From the IMG/VR virus record IMGVR_UViG_3300032249_000542, positions 96,001 to 160,000 of that record: DNA of 64,000 bases. One strand, 5' to 3'. The first letter of the stretch is position 1, and each line of letters starts with the position of its first letter. Source of the DNA: a virus. The position numbers were made by a program, and so were the translations under genes. Under the pieces are notes generated by a model. It was not told where the DNA came from and searched no databases. It was given only the letters and a program-made list of their open reading frames with translations. Below are positions 18,689-28,768 of the stretch, in pieces.

Positions 18689-20305
18689 ATCGCAATCAAA
18701 CTTTTCGGATTCACCCTAGGTAAATCGGACATTGTTCAGGAACAACCACCTGAACAACCGTCGTTTACTCTACCTACTTCTGCGCTTGATGATGGTGCAG
18801 TCACAGTCACTTCCAATGCTTATTATGGAACATATGTTGATTTAGAAGGTTCTGTTCGTAATGAACTAGAACTCATTACACGTTATCGTGAAATGGCTAA
18901 TCATCCAGAATGTGAAATGGCAATTGATGAAATTGTTACAGAAGCAGTTTCATTTAATCCAACTGGAAGAATAATCAATATTGTCATGGACAATTTGAAA
19001 CAACCAGACACAATCAAGAAGAAAATTAGAGATGAGTTTGATAACGTCTTAACAATGTTAAACTTTAGTAATCTTGCTGATGATTTGTTTAAGCGTTGGT
19101 ATATTGACGGAAGAATCTATTACCATGTAGTTGTCAATGAAAAGGCACCTAAAGAAGGTATTCAAGAACTACGATATATTGATCCACGTAAGATTCGTAA
19201 AGTCAGAGAGATTGCAAAAGATCGTGATGCAAAGACTGGCACAATGATTATCAAATCTATTGCCGAATACTATGTGTATAATGATCGTGGTACATCAACA
19301 CAAACATACACCTCACAAGTAAATTCAGGTGTACGTATTGCACCAGAATCAGTTATCAATGTTAATTCTGGTTTAACAGACGCAAAGAATACGTTTGTTA
19401 TTTCTTATCTACATAAAGCAATTAAACCACTCAATCAACTTCGTATGGTTGAGGATGCAATCGTCATCTATCGTATTTCAAGAGCACCAGAACGCCGTGT
19501 ATTCTATATTGACGTAGGTAACTTACCTAAAGGTAAAGCAGAACAGTATCTACGTGACGTTATGGTTAAGTATCGTAACAAGATGGTTTATGATGCAAAC
19601 ACCGGTGAACTCCGTGATGATCGTAAACATATGTCAATGTTGGAAGATTTCTGGTTACCTCGTCGTGAAGGTGGTAAAGGTACAGAGATTACTACATTGC
19701 CTGCAGGACAAAACCTTGGTGAGTTAGAAGATGTAAAGTATTTCCAAAAGAAACTTTTACAATCACTTAACGTACCATATTCACGACTAGAACCACAACA
19801 AGGTGGAATGATTGGTCTAGGTCGTGTATCTGAAGTTACCCGTGATGAAATTAAGTTCACTAAGTTTATTCAAAGATTGCGTAACAAGTTCTGTCAAATA
19901 TTTGATAGAGCAATGGAGATGCAACTTGTACTAAAAGGTATTTGTACAAGAGAAGAATGGGCACAGTTTAAAGAGTTTATTCACTATGACTTTATCAAAG
20001 ATAATAATTATATCGAGATGCGTGATGCAGAAGTTCTCCGTGAAAGACTGAATCTTGCAATGCAGGTAGATCCATTTACTGGTAAATATTATTCACAGGA
20101 ATGGATTAAGAGAAATGTTCTACGTTTGACCGATGCTGAAATATCAGAGATGGACAAACAGATGCAAAAGGAACAAGCAGGACCTGTACTTGCACCTCCA
20201 CCTGAAACGCAGCCGGTTGATAATACACAAGATGATGCGTCTGCAACTACTGAGTCAGCTACTCCGCAACTTGATGCGGAAGTAGATAAATACTCACTCA
20301 AATAA
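18689..20305 (+). CDS. gp20: Portal protein gp20; probable non-canonical ATC start at 18689
   Basis: WYIDGRIYYH, EDAIVIYRISRAPERRVFYIDVGNLPK, EDFWLPRREGGKGTEI. The portal-like N-terminus (M)AIKLFGFTLG lies in frame 68 codons upstream of the tracked ATG at 18893, after SD GAGAGG. Confidence 0.93.
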   Translation: MAIKLFGFTLGKSDIVQEQPPEQPSFTLPTSALDDGAVTVTSNAYYGTYVDLEGSVRNELELITRYREMANHPECEMAIDEIVTEAVSFNPTGRIINIVMDNLKQPDTIKKKIRDEFDNVLTMLNFSNLADDLFKRWYIDGRIYYHVVVNEKAPKEGIQELRYIDPRKIRKVREIAKDRDAKTGTMIIKSIAEYYVYNDRGTSTQTYTSQVNSGVRIAPESVINVNSGLTDAKNTFVISYLHKAIKPLNQLRMVEDAIVIYRISRAPERRVFYIDVGNLPKGKAEQYLRDVMVKYRNKMVYDANTGELRDDRKHMSMLEDFWLPRREGGKGTEITTLPAGQNLGELEDVKYFQKKLLQSLNVPYSRLEPQQGGMIGLGRVSEVTRDEIKFTKFIQRLRNKFCQIFDRAMEMQLVLKGICTREEWAQFKEFIHYDFIKDNNYIEMRDAEVLRERLNLAMQVDPFTGKYYSQEWIKRNVLRLTDAEISEMDKQMQKEQAGPVLAPPPETQPVDNTQDDASATTESATPQLDAEVDKYSLK

Positions 20306-20326
20306 ATACATGTTAAGGAGTCTTAA

Positions 20327-20518
20327 ATGGACATAAGAAATTTTATAGATTTAGTTGGTTCAAATCAAAATGCAGAAGCTAAAGATGCATTAGACGAAAT
20401 TCTATCAGGTAAAGCTTTTGAAGCACTAGAAGGTCGTAAACAAGAAATAGCTAGTTCCTTATATTCTAGTGAACAATCAGAAGTTTCTAATGAGGAACCT
20501 GAAACGGAAGAAGAATGA
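20327..20518 (+). CDS. Small acidic prohead core protein (gp67-like)
   Basis: 63 aa, acidic tail, directly after portal; ATAAATA at 20302-20308 and AAGGAG SD. Confidence 0.65.
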   Translation: MDIRNFIDLVGSNQNAEAKDALDEILSGKAFEALEGRKQEIASSLYSSEQSEVSNEEPETEEE

Positions 20519-21288
20519 AATCGTTATTAGAGTTTAAATCTATTACCGAAGAAGAAAAGGCAGACTACTCTAAGTTTGATGCCTTGATCCGTGCTGGACT
20601 TGCAAACAAAGCACAGGTTCAACGTATTCATAAAATCTTAGATAAGATGGGTGAAGAACGTCCAGTATTTAACAATGCTGATCGTGCCATCATGCAAAAC
20701 CTATTCACTAAAATGGTAGATTTAATCTCTAATAATAAACAGATTTTTACACAAGCACGCCGTGCTGTGCGTGAAGAAATAGAAGAAGGTGTAATTGCAA
20801 CATCCGATTACAAGATTGGTACAGATGGTCGTAAAGTAAAAGCACATCGTATTCAAGTTGGTAAACGTGATGAACCAGAAGATCAAAAGATTATGGAAGA
20901 ACCTTTGGCAATAAAGGATCCTCCTAATGTTCTTCTACTAAAAAGAATTACGACTAGACTGTTTCCTGACGGAACAAGAGTTGCATTATATTATAACAAA
21001 TTATTAGATAAGCATTTTACCATACCATATGGTCCTGGTATTAATGCACCATTGCAAGCTGAAGAATTACAAATGTCGGCATTTGATTCTTTACAGATGG
21101 TTCTTGCAAATGGAGAAGATACAGAAATTTCATTTGGTAATGAATACCGTATAGTAAGTTTAGTTGAGGCACAGTCGTTAATACGTCTATATCATAATTT
21201 AAGTGAAGAAAACAAACAACGAATGATTAATCAGTTAGATAATCCAGAGATGTTTGACAAATTTACCGATTATGCATTAAAACAATGA
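20515..21288 (+). CDS. Hypothetical head-associated protein
   Basis: In the head operon; N-terminus MKSLLEFKSITEE resembles a capsid-targeting/gp21-cleaved leader; DPPNVLLLKR...FPDG.RVALY. Confidence 0.55.
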   Translation: MKSLLEFKSITEEEKADYSKFDALIRAGLANKAQVQRIHKILDKMGEERPVFNNADRAIMQNLFTKMVDLISNNKQIFTQARRAVREEIEEGVIATSDYKIGTDGRKVKAHRIQVGKRDEPEDQKIMEEPLAIKDPPNVLLLKRITTRLFPDGTRVALYYNKLLDKHFTIPYGPGINAPLQAEELQMSAFDSLQMVLANGEDTEISFGNEYRIVSLVEAQSLIRLYHNLSEENKQRMINQLDNPEMFDKFTDYALKQ

Positions 21289-21710
21289 ACCTTATAAATG
21301 CATTACTAAGTAATGATGTAATTAAATTTAAAGAACTGGTTTATGAGCAGTTAAGTATTATTGCTGCTCGTAAACTAGAAGAAGAAAAAAAAGAAATTGC
21401 TTCTGCTCAATTTGAAGTAGAGTTAGAAGAAGGAAACATTGTTACTTCTGGACGTGTTCAAAGAATACGCCGTCGTATTAGAAGAAATAAAAAAGGTAGA
21501 ATTACAGTACAACGTAATGTACGTAGGTCTGCTATTAAAGGTTATAGACTTTCTGGTGGTACCGTAAGACGCATTCCTGTTCAACAGAAAATGCACAAGG
21601 CCAGAATGTTAAAAAGGTATTGGAAAACTAAAGGTCGTTCAAAATTAAAACGTACCTTAATGAAAAGAAAAATGTCTTTGAATAGACGCAAATCAATGGG
21701 GATAAAATAA
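21285..21710 (+). CDS. Prohead core-like protein with acidic N-half and very basic Arg/Lys C-half
   Basis: Position between portal and protease; C-terminal RRRIRRNKK...KRKMSLNRRK. Confidence 0.6.
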   Translation: MNLINALLSNDVIKFKELVYEQLSIIAARKLEEEKKEIASAQFEVELEEGNIVTSGRVQRIRRRIRRNKKGRITVQRNVRRSAIKGYRLSGGTVRRIPVQQKMHKARMLKRYWKTKGRSKLKRTLMKRKMSLNRRKSMGIK

Positions 21711-21711
21711 A

Positions 21712-22074
21712 ATGCCATTAGAGATTACCAACTCGTTAAGAAATCATTCTATTGCAAGGGCTACTGGTCCAGGAACATATACGATTGCTCTTAACGATCT
21801 AAGAAAAAATACAACAACCGAAGTTGTTAATACGGCTGATATTAAAAGAATAGTTTGGTCAACAAATGCTAGCATTACTATTGTACGTAATAGTGTAGAA
21901 CTTGCATCTTTACATACTGCTGGTGAAATGCGTTTTGATGACTGGAATCACAGTCTTGCAAATAACAATGGTTCAAGCATTGTAATTACTATTGTAACTG
22001 GTGGAACAATTGTTTTAGAGTTATCTAAACAAGCATCGTTTAATGTGGATCCAGTAACAGGAGTAACACTATAA
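21712..22074 (+). CDS. Hypothetical virion protein
   Basis: Beta-rich 120-aa ORF coupled (TAATG) to gp21. Confidence 0.55.
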   Translation: MPLEITNSLRNHSIARATGPGTYTIALNDLRKNTTTEVVNTADIKRIVWSTNASITIVRNSVELASLHTAGEMRFDDWNHSLANNNGSSIVITIVTGGTIVLELSKQASFNVDPVTGVTL

Positions 22075-22724
22075 TGAAACTAATTACCGAACAAATTGAG
22101 AACGTAAAATATCTCACAGAAAAAACTGAAGATGGTAAAAAGAAGTTGTACATTGAAGGTACATTCTTAGTGGGTGATGCAGTTAATAAAAATAACCGCA
22201 TGTACAAGATGGACACCCTACGCAATGAAGTTAAAAGATATGACGAAGAATATATTAAGACCAATCGTGCATTAGGTGAACTTGGTCACCCAGATACTCC
22301 TTCTTTGAATCTAGAGAGAGTGTCACATAAAATTGTTTCTTTAGCAGAAGATGGTAACACATTCTATGGCAAAGCAATGATTCTAGACACACCATACGGT
22401 CAGATCGTCAAAAACTTTATTGACTCTGGTGTTAATCTAGGAGTATCATCCCGTGCTATGGGTTCTGTTACCATGACTAAAGAAGGATATAATCTGGTAC
22501 AAGATGATTTAAGGCTTGCAACTGCAGCCGATATTGTTGCAGATCCATCTGCTCCAGGCGCATTTATCAACGGCATTATGGAAAATAAAGAGTGGTTGTT
22601 TGTCGAGGGACGTTTTGTGGAAATGGATATTGATAACGCCAAAAGACAGATCAAACAGGCATCTAAACAACAAATAGAACATGTAGCTCTGAATCTATTT
22701 GAAAATTTTCTCAGAAAACTTTAA
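22074..22724 (+). CDS. gp21: Prohead protease gp21
   Basis: ALGELGHP, LGVSSRAMGS, DIVADPSAPGAF. Confidence 0.96.
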   Translation: MKLITEQIENVKYLTEKTEDGKKKLYIEGTFLVGDAVNKNNRMYKMDTLRNEVKRYDEEYIKTNRALGELGHPDTPSLNLERVSHKIVSLAEDGNTFYGKAMILDTPYGQIVKNFIDSGVNLGVSSRAMGSVTMTKEGYNLVQDDLRLATAADIVADPSAPGAFINGIMENKEWLFVEGRFVEMDIDNAKRQIKQASKQQIEHVALNLFENFLRKL

Positions 22725-22727
22725 TTT

Positions 22728-22735
22728 TATAAATA
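22728..22735 (+). promoter_or_regulatory. T4-type late promoter TATAAATA for gp22/gp23
   Basis: Perfect T4 late consensus in the intergenic gap. Confidence 0.8.
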
Positions 22736-22760
22736 TTCAATCATAAAAGGAGATCCTTAA

Positions 22761-23828
22761 ATGGCAACCAACAAATTACTAGAAGCAGCTGCTGATATTC
22801 TTGCCGGAAGCAAGAAGTCTGCCCCAGCTATGCCGACAGCAAAACTTTCAGGTACAGAAATGGACTTGGGCGGACCAACACCACAAAATGGCAAACCAGA
22901 CGACGATTCGAATAAAATCGATTCGACTAAGGGTGCTAAGTCTGCAACTGCTCCAACAACAAAACCATCTGCTGCATCTTCGGATACTCAGAACCATCCA
23001 CAAGGTGGAACTAAGACAATGAAGGAAGATGACGAACAAGACGAAGAATTAATTGCTGAAAAAATGCATGACGAAGAAAAGAAAGAAATGATGAAGAAGA
23101 AAATGAAAGAGGACGTTAATGCTCTTTTCTCTGACGATTCTACCATTTCCGAAGAATTCAAATTTAAAGCAGCTACAATTTTTGAAGCACGTATTAATGA
23201 TCGTATTCAACAAATTGAAGAAGAAGTAGAAGTTAGATATGCTTCTATGTTCGAAGAAGCTGTAGAAGAAATCAAAAATGATTTGACGACTAAAGTAAAT
23301 GACTACCTAGAGTATGTTGTTGAACAATGGTTGGCAGATAACGAAATCGCAATTGAATCCGGTTTACGTTCAGAAATTACTGAAGAATTTATCGCAGGAC
23401 TACGTAATCTATTTGCAGAACATTACATCGATGTTCCAGAAGATAAAGTTGACCTAGTAGATGAACTAGCAGGACAAGTTGAACAACTGGAAGACAAACT
23501 TAACGAAGAAATGCAATATGGCATTGAGTTAAGAAAAGCTTTAATTGAATCAACTAAAAATGAAATCGTTCACAATGTGTGTGATGGTTTAACGGCAACT
23601 CAAGTTGAAAAGATCAGATCACTCGCAGAGAGTGTAGAATTCTCCACAGAGGAAGAATACACAGAGAAACTTGAAACAATCCGTGAAAACTATTTCCCAT
23701 CAGGAATTAGAAAAGCTGATGTAACACATTTGCAAGAACAATATGAAGATGCTGACAACGAAAAGAAAGTCATTCATGACCCTTACGTTGCAATGGTATC
23801 CCAAGCAATTTCAAAAACAAAAATTTAA
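22761..23828 (+). CDS. gp22: Prohead scaffolding core protein gp22
   Basis: KAATIFEA, YLEYVVEQW, LFAEHYIDVPEDKVD, TIRENYF; acidic coiled coil. Confidence 0.95.
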   Translation: MATNKLLEAAADILAGSKKSAPAMPTAKLSGTEMDLGGPTPQNGKPDDDSNKIDSTKGAKSATAPTTKPSAASSDTQNHPQGGTKTMKEDDEQDEELIAEKMHDEEKKEMMKKKMKEDVNALFSDDSTISEEFKFKAATIFEARINDRIQQIEEEVEVRYASMFEEAVEEIKNDLTTKVNDYLEYVVEQWLADNEIAIESGLRSEITEEFIAGLRNLFAEHYIDVPEDKVDLVDELAGQVEQLEDKLNEEMQYGIELRKALIESTKNEIVHNVCDGLTATQVEKIRSLAESVEFSTEEEYTEKLETIRENYFPSGIRKADVTHLQEQYEDADNEKKVIHDPYVAMVSQAISKTKI

Positions 23829-23846
23829 ATAAACAAGGAGACTTAT

Positions 23847-25187
23847 ATGTATTTGTCAGAAGGCCTACAAACCAAATGGGAATCGGTGCTTAATCACCCA
23901 GAACTCCCAGCAATTAAAGATCCATACCGTAAAGCAGTTACGGCTTTGATTCTAGAAAACCAAGTTCAATCGATGCAAAAGGAAGGTCAAATCCTTACCG
24001 AAGCATCACCAACTAACTCTGCTGGTACAGGTGGTTTTGGTGGTGGCGCTACTGCAACAGGTCCTGTTGCTGGTTTCGACCCAATCATCATTTCTTTGGT
24101 TCGTCGTTCACTACCTAACCTAATCGCTTATGACGTTTGCGGCGTTCAGCCAATGACTGGTCCTACAGGATTAATTTTTGCAATGCGTACACGTTTTGGT
24201 ACACAATCAGGAGACGAAGCATTCTATAACGAAGCTAATACTCGTCACTCTGGTGCTGAATCCGCTGTTGCAACAACTTATGCACTACAAGCTGATACAG
24301 CTGCATCAGACAACGTATTCGCAAACACAATTCTTGCAGGTCCTTCAATGGCTACAGCATCTGCTGAAGCTCTTGGTACTTCAGGTGCAGTTGCATTTGA
24401 AGAAATGGCATTCTCAATCGAGAAAGTTACTGTAACTGCTAAGACCCGTGCTCTAAAAGCAGAATACTCAATGGAACTTGCACAAGACTTGAAAGCAGTT
24501 CATGGTCTAGACGCAGAAACAGAATTGGCTAACATCCTTTCTTCTGAAATTCTTGCTGAAATCAACCGTGAAGTTGTTCGTACAATTTACACAGTTGCAA
24601 AAACTGGCGCACAAATTGGTACAACTACTGCTGGTACATTCAATCTTGACACCGACTCAAACGGTCGTTGGATGGTTGAAAAGATCAAAGGTCTAGCATT
24701 CCAAATCGAACGTGAAGCTAACTTCATCGCTAAGACAACTCGTCGTGGAAAAGGTAACATGGTTATCTGTTCTTCAGACGTAGCTTCTGCTCTAGCAATG
24801 GCTGGTATTCTTGACTATCAATCAGCATTGCAAGGTCAAGTATCATTGACAGTTGATGATACTGGTAACACATATGCTGGTACATTGTTCGGTCGTATGA
24901 AAGTGTACATCGATCCATACTTCCCAACTGGCTCTTCAACCGAGTTCGCTGTTGTTGGTTACAAAGGTTCGAATGCTTATGACGCTGGTATCTTCTACTG
25001 CCCATACGTTCCTCTACAAATGGTTCGTGCAGTTGATACAGGTTCCTTCCAACCAAAAATTGGTTTCAAGACTCGTTACGGAATGGTTGCAAACCCATTC
25101 GCAGAGGGTACAACCCAAGGTTCAGGAAACTTGAATCGTCAATCGAACTTCTACTATCGTGCAATCAAGATCGCAAACTTGATGTAA
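23847..25187 (+). CDS. gp23: Major capsid protein gp23
   Basis: GVQPMTGPTGLIFAMR, RALKAEYSMELAQDLKAVHGLDAE, FQPKIGFKTRYG; likely gp21 cleavage at ILTE/A. Confidence 0.98.
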   Translation: MYLSEGLQTKWESVLNHPELPAIKDPYRKAVTALILENQVQSMQKEGQILTEASPTNSAGTGGFGGGATATGPVAGFDPIIISLVRRSLPNLIAYDVCGVQPMTGPTGLIFAMRTRFGTQSGDEAFYNEANTRHSGAESAVATTYALQADTAASDNVFANTILAGPSMATASAEALGTSGAVAFEEMAFSIEKVTVTAKTRALKAEYSMELAQDLKAVHGLDAETELANILSSEILAEINREVVRTIYTVAKTGAQIGTTTAGTFNLDTDSNGRWMVEKIKGLAFQIEREANFIAKTTRRGKGNMVICSSDVASALAMAGILDYQSALQGQVSLTVDDTGNTYAGTLFGRMKVYIDPYFPTGSSTEFAVVGYKGSNAYDAGIFYCPYVPLQMVRAVDTGSFQPKIGFKTRYGMVANPFAEGTTQGSGNLNRQSNFYYRAIKIANLM

Positions 25188-25225
25188 TCAGTAGACAAAA
25201 CATAATAATAACTATAAGATGTTTT

Positions 25226-25253
25226 AGAGGGATCTTCGGATCCCTCTTTTTTT
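25226..25253 (+). terminator. Intrinsic terminator with cUUCGg tetraloop after gp23
   Basis: AGAGGGATC-TTCG-GATCCCTCT followed by a T-run. Confidence 0.92.
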
Positions 25254-25301
25254 CGCACATAAATATATGCATCAGTTTCACTCAACCATAGAACATAACA
25301 T

Positions 25302-25829
25302 ATGAGTTCAAGTTTAATAGGCGGAGAAGGTACGTCATTCTTACATGGGAATAAGTTTCAATTAAACTTTGCCCGTGTACCATATCTTCAATATTTCTGT
25401 CAAGCAGTCAATCTCCCAGGGATATCTCTTGGTGAGATACAAAGGAACACCCCTTTTGTTGACATCTATTCTCCAGGTGAAAAGGCAATCTATGATATAT
25501 TGAATGTAACTTTTATTGTTGATGAGAATTTAAAGTCTTGGTGGGAAATACATGACTGGATTCGTGCAATGACATTCCCAACTACCTTTGAAGAATATAA
25601 AGGTTTAAACCAACTATCACCTCTTGCAGATAAAGACTTTCCGCAATTCTCTGACGCACATTTAAGTATTTTAACAACGGCAAACAATCCAAACTATCGT
25701 GTTAAGTTTGTGGATTGTTTCCCAATATCATTATCGTCTATAATGTTTTCCGCAATGGATACTCCAGACAATATCATTACTGCCGATGCATCATTCAGAT
25801 TTTCTTATTTTAATATTGACAAAATGTAA
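25302..25829 (+). CDS. gp3: Tail completion/tube terminator gp3
   Basis: YFCQAVNLPGISLG, FIVDENL...EIHDW, FPISLS; ATAAATA at 25259-25265 upstream. Confidence 0.88.
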   Translation: MSSSLIGGEGTSFLHGNKFQLNFARVPYLQYFCQAVNLPGISLGEIQRNTPFVDIYSPGEKAIYDILNVTFIVDENLKSWWEIHDWIRAMTFPTTFEEYKGLNQLSPLADKDFPQFSDAHLSILTTANNPNYRVKFVDCFPISLSSIMFSAMDTPDNIITADASFRFSYFNIDKM

Positions 25830-25844
25830 CAAATAGTATATACT
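25816..25844 (+). promoter_or_regulatory. sigma70-like promoter for uvsY
   Basis: TTGACA-17 nt-TATACT. Confidence 0.75.
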
Positions 25845-25865
25845 CTCCACATAGGAGATTACTTT

Positions 25866-26300
25866 ATGAAACAACTTGATGAACTATTAGAAATGTGGCG
25901 CAAAGACTGTGACATTGATCGCACAGAACCAGGTAAAGCACTTCTAGACATACCCAAACTACACAGTAAATATTTGACTATTCTTTCCAAACATAGAATG
26001 TTAGGGAAGGATGCTGAGTTTCAACTTAACCGTTGGAAGAAAACTAAATGGGAATATTATACTGGTAAGTTAGATGATGATGACTTGAAGAAGTATGGTT
26101 GGGAACCATTTCCATATACTCTCAAATCTGATCTTAATACATACTTAGATGCAGATGAAGATATTGCAAAGTACAAAGCAAAAAAATTAATACATGATGA
26201 AGTTGTAGATGTCTGTACATTCATTCTTAAAGAGTTAAACTCTCGCACATATCAATTACGTGACTTTATAACATGGGAAAGATTTATTCAAGGTGTCTAA
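25866..26300 (+). CDS. uvsY: Recombination mediator UvsY
   Basis: IPKLHSKYL, WEYYTGK, YLDADED; gp3-uvsY-uvsW synteny. Confidence 0.9.
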   Translation: MKQLDELLEMWRKDCDIDRTEPGKALLDIPKLHSKYLTILSKHRMLGKDAEFQLNRWKKTKWEYYTGKLDDDDLKKYGWEPFPYTLKSDLNTYLDADEDIAKYKAKKLIHDEVVDVCTFILKELNSRTYQLRDFITWERFIQGV

Positions 26301-27756
26301 TATAATTCTCCACAAGCGTAACGAAGCATTCATACATTTTGAATGTGACCGTGGTACAGCACAAGAGTTAAGTGATTACTTTACTTTTTTTGTCCCAGGT
26401 TATCAGTTCATGCCTGCATTTAAAAATAGAATCTGGGATGGGAAGGTACGACTTGCAGACCTTCGTAACTTTACCATCTATCATGGACTAGTACCTTACA
26501 TTCAACAATTCTGTGAAGAAAGAGATTATGAATTAACAATTGATCCTAAAGTTAATTCTACAATAAATTACTCTGCGATAGAAGCAAAAGAATTTATTGA
26601 TACGTTAAATCTACCGTATGAAATTCGTGACTATCAATTAAAATCATTTATACAAGCAGTAAGAAACAAACGTATAATGATTCTCTCACCTACTGCATCT
26701 GGCAAATCACTTATCCTTTACATGATACTTCGGCATCTACAACACACAGATCATCAAAAAGGTTTGTTGATTGTACCAACCACATCGTTGGTAGAACAGA
26801 TGTATAAAGACTTTGAAGATTATGGATTTGATTCAGATCAATATTGTCACCGTCAATATTCTGGTAAAGAAAAACATTCAGATAAATTTTTAACGATTAC
26901 TACGTGGCAATCTATCTACAAGAATCCTAAAGAATATTTTGAACAGTTTGATTTTGTATTAGGTGATGAGGCACATCAATTTAAAGCAAAGTCATTAACC
27001 ACAATTATGTCTGGTCTAGAAAATGCATCGTATCGTATTGGATGTACAGGAACACTAGATGGAGCGCAGACACACAAGTTAGTATTAGAAGGATTGTTTG
27101 GTCCTGTATATAAATTTGTGACTACTGCGGAACTGATTGAACAAGGTCACCTAGCAGAATTTAAAATTAAATGTTTGATACTTGAATACCCAGAAGAAGT
27201 TAGGAAGATGGCAAAGGGTTGGGACTATCAATCTGAGATCGAATATATAGTTAAGAACCCGAAAAGAAATGAGTTTATTCGTAATCTAGCACTCTCACTT
27301 GAAGGTAACACTCTCATACTATTCCAGTTCGTTGAAAAACACGGAAAGGATTTGTATGCATCAATTAAAGAACACTCAAAAAATAGACAGGTGTTCTTTG
27401 TCTATGGCGGAACAGATGTTGAGATCCGTGAATCTGTACGCTCCATTACTGAAAAAGAAAACGATGCAATTATTGTCGCATCCTACGGCACTTTTAGTAC
27501 AGGTATCAACATTCGCAATCTTCATAATATTGTTTTTGCATCTCCTAGTAAGTCAAGAGTACGTAACTTACAATCTATTGGTAGAGGATTAAGAATAGGA
27601 GATAATAAAGAATCAGCAACTTTGTTTGATATTGCAGATGATTTTCGTATTGGTAAATATACCAACTACACCTTGCATCATTTCATAGAACGTGTTAAAA
27701 TATACGATGAAGAAAAGTTCAAATATAAGTTTTATAACATAGAGATAAAAAAATGA
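26293..27756 (+). CDS. uvsW: SF2 helicase UvsW
   Basis: SPTASGKS, DEAH, TGT, QSIGRGLR. Confidence 0.96.
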   Translation: MSNIILHKRNEAFIHFECDRGTAQELSDYFTFFVPGYQFMPAFKNRIWDGKVRLADLRNFTIYHGLVPYIQQFCEERDYELTIDPKVNSTINYSAIEAKEFIDTLNLPYEIRDYQLKSFIQAVRNKRIMILSPTASGKSLILYMILRHLQHTDHQKGLLIVPTTSLVEQMYKDFEDYGFDSDQYCHRQYSGKEKHSDKFLTITTWQSIYKNPKEYFEQFDFVLGDEAHQFKAKSLTTIMSGLENASYRIGCTGTLDGAQTHKLVLEGLFGPVYKFVTTAELIEQGHLAEFKIKCLILEYPEEVRKMAKGWDYQSEIEYIVKNPKRNEFIRNLALSLEGNTLILFQFVEKHGKDLYASIKEHSKNRQVFFVYGGTDVEIRESVRSITEKENDAIIVASYGTFSTGINIRNLHNIVFASPSKSRVRNLQSIGRGLRIGDNKESATLFDIADDFRIGKYTNYTLHHFIERVKIYDEEKFKYKFYNIEIKK

Positions 27757-28166
27757 CTATTAAAATAATCCGTATGCAATCAGGTGAAGATATATTAGCT
27801 GATGTTCATCATGAACCGAATCATGTTAAGATAGACAATCCTATGCGTTTAGTATTTCGTAGATTACCTACTGGTCAAACGATGATGTTGTTAGCACCAT
27901 GGTTACCAAATGAATTAGTAGAAGAAGATTATGCAACTATATCTAATAGTGATATCCTAACTATATTTAATCCTAAGATGAAGTTAGTTGAATATTACAA
28001 TAAGATGGTAGAAATTCAGATGAAAAGAAAACAAGAGTTTGGAAAGGTAATCGATGAATACTTACAAGATGAAATGGATGATGTAGATAACCTTGAAGAA
28101 CCAGATGAATTAACAGCAGAGATATTAGAAGCATTGAATGATGTCACTAGAGATAAACTTCATTAA
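27753..28166 (+). CDS. Conserved T4-like hypothetical protein between uvsW and gp55
   Basis: KIIRMQSGEDILA beta-rich N-terminus, acidic tail ending in LH. Confidence 0.6.
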   Translation: MTIKIIRMQSGEDILADVHHEPNHVKIDNPMRLVFRRLPTGQTMMLLAPWLPNELVEEDYATISNSDILTIFNPKMKLVEYYNKMVEIQMKRKQEFGKVIDEYLQDEMDDVDNLEEPDELTAEILEALNDVTRDKLH

Positions 28167-28176
28167 TCACACAACC

Positions 28177-28204
28177 ATTATACAACAAATTTTAAAAAAG
28201 TCAA
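28177..28204 (-). promoter_or_regulatory. Antisense sigma70-like promoter upstream of gp55
   Basis: Minus strand reads TTGACT-16 nt-TATAAT in the intergenic gap. Confidence 0.55.
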
Positions 28205-28224
28205 GTACAATCTAAGGCAATCAT

Positions 28225-28764
28225 ATGGCGAACGCAAAACATTATGTAAATAACACAGACTTCCTGAATGCTCTTATAGAGTATAAAGCTAAATGTGATG
28301 AGGCAAAGGCAAACAATAAACCAGATCCACAAATTCCGAATTACATTGGAGAATGTTTTCTAAAGATCGGTGAACACTTGTCTAGAAAACCAAACTTTAT
28401 ATCTTATTCTTTCCGAGATGAGATGATTGCCGACGGTATTGAAAATTGTTTAATGTATTTCAGAAACTTTGATCCTGATAAATCAAAGAATCCATTTGCA
28501 TACTTTACTCAGATTATTTACTATGCATTCTTGCGAAGGATTATGAAAGAGAAGAAACAGCTATATGTGAAGTATAAAGCAACAGAACAGTTTGGTATTC
28601 TGGATGAAGCAGAAATGTTTGAAGATGAGAACGGTAACTATAAACAGTTCGAGATGTATGAAAATATATCTGAATTCATTCAAACATTTGAGGAAAACAA
28701 GAAGAAGAAAAAGGCAAAAGTGATAAAAGGAGTTGACAACTTCATAGAAAATGATATAGAATAA
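28225..28764 (+). CDS. gp55: Late-transcription sigma factor gp55
   Basis: HYVNN, YIGECFLKI, NPFAYFTQIIYYAFLRRI.KEK. Confidence 0.96.
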   Translation: MANAKHYVNNTDFLNALIEYKAKCDEAKANNKPDPQIPNYIGECFLKIGEHLSRKPNFISYSFRDEMIADGIENCLMYFRNFDPDKSKNPFAYFTQIIYYAFLRRIMKEKKQLYVKYKATEQFGILDEAEMFEDENGNYKQFEMYENISEFIQTFEENKKKKKAKVIKGVDNFIENDIE

Positions 28765-28768
28765 GATT

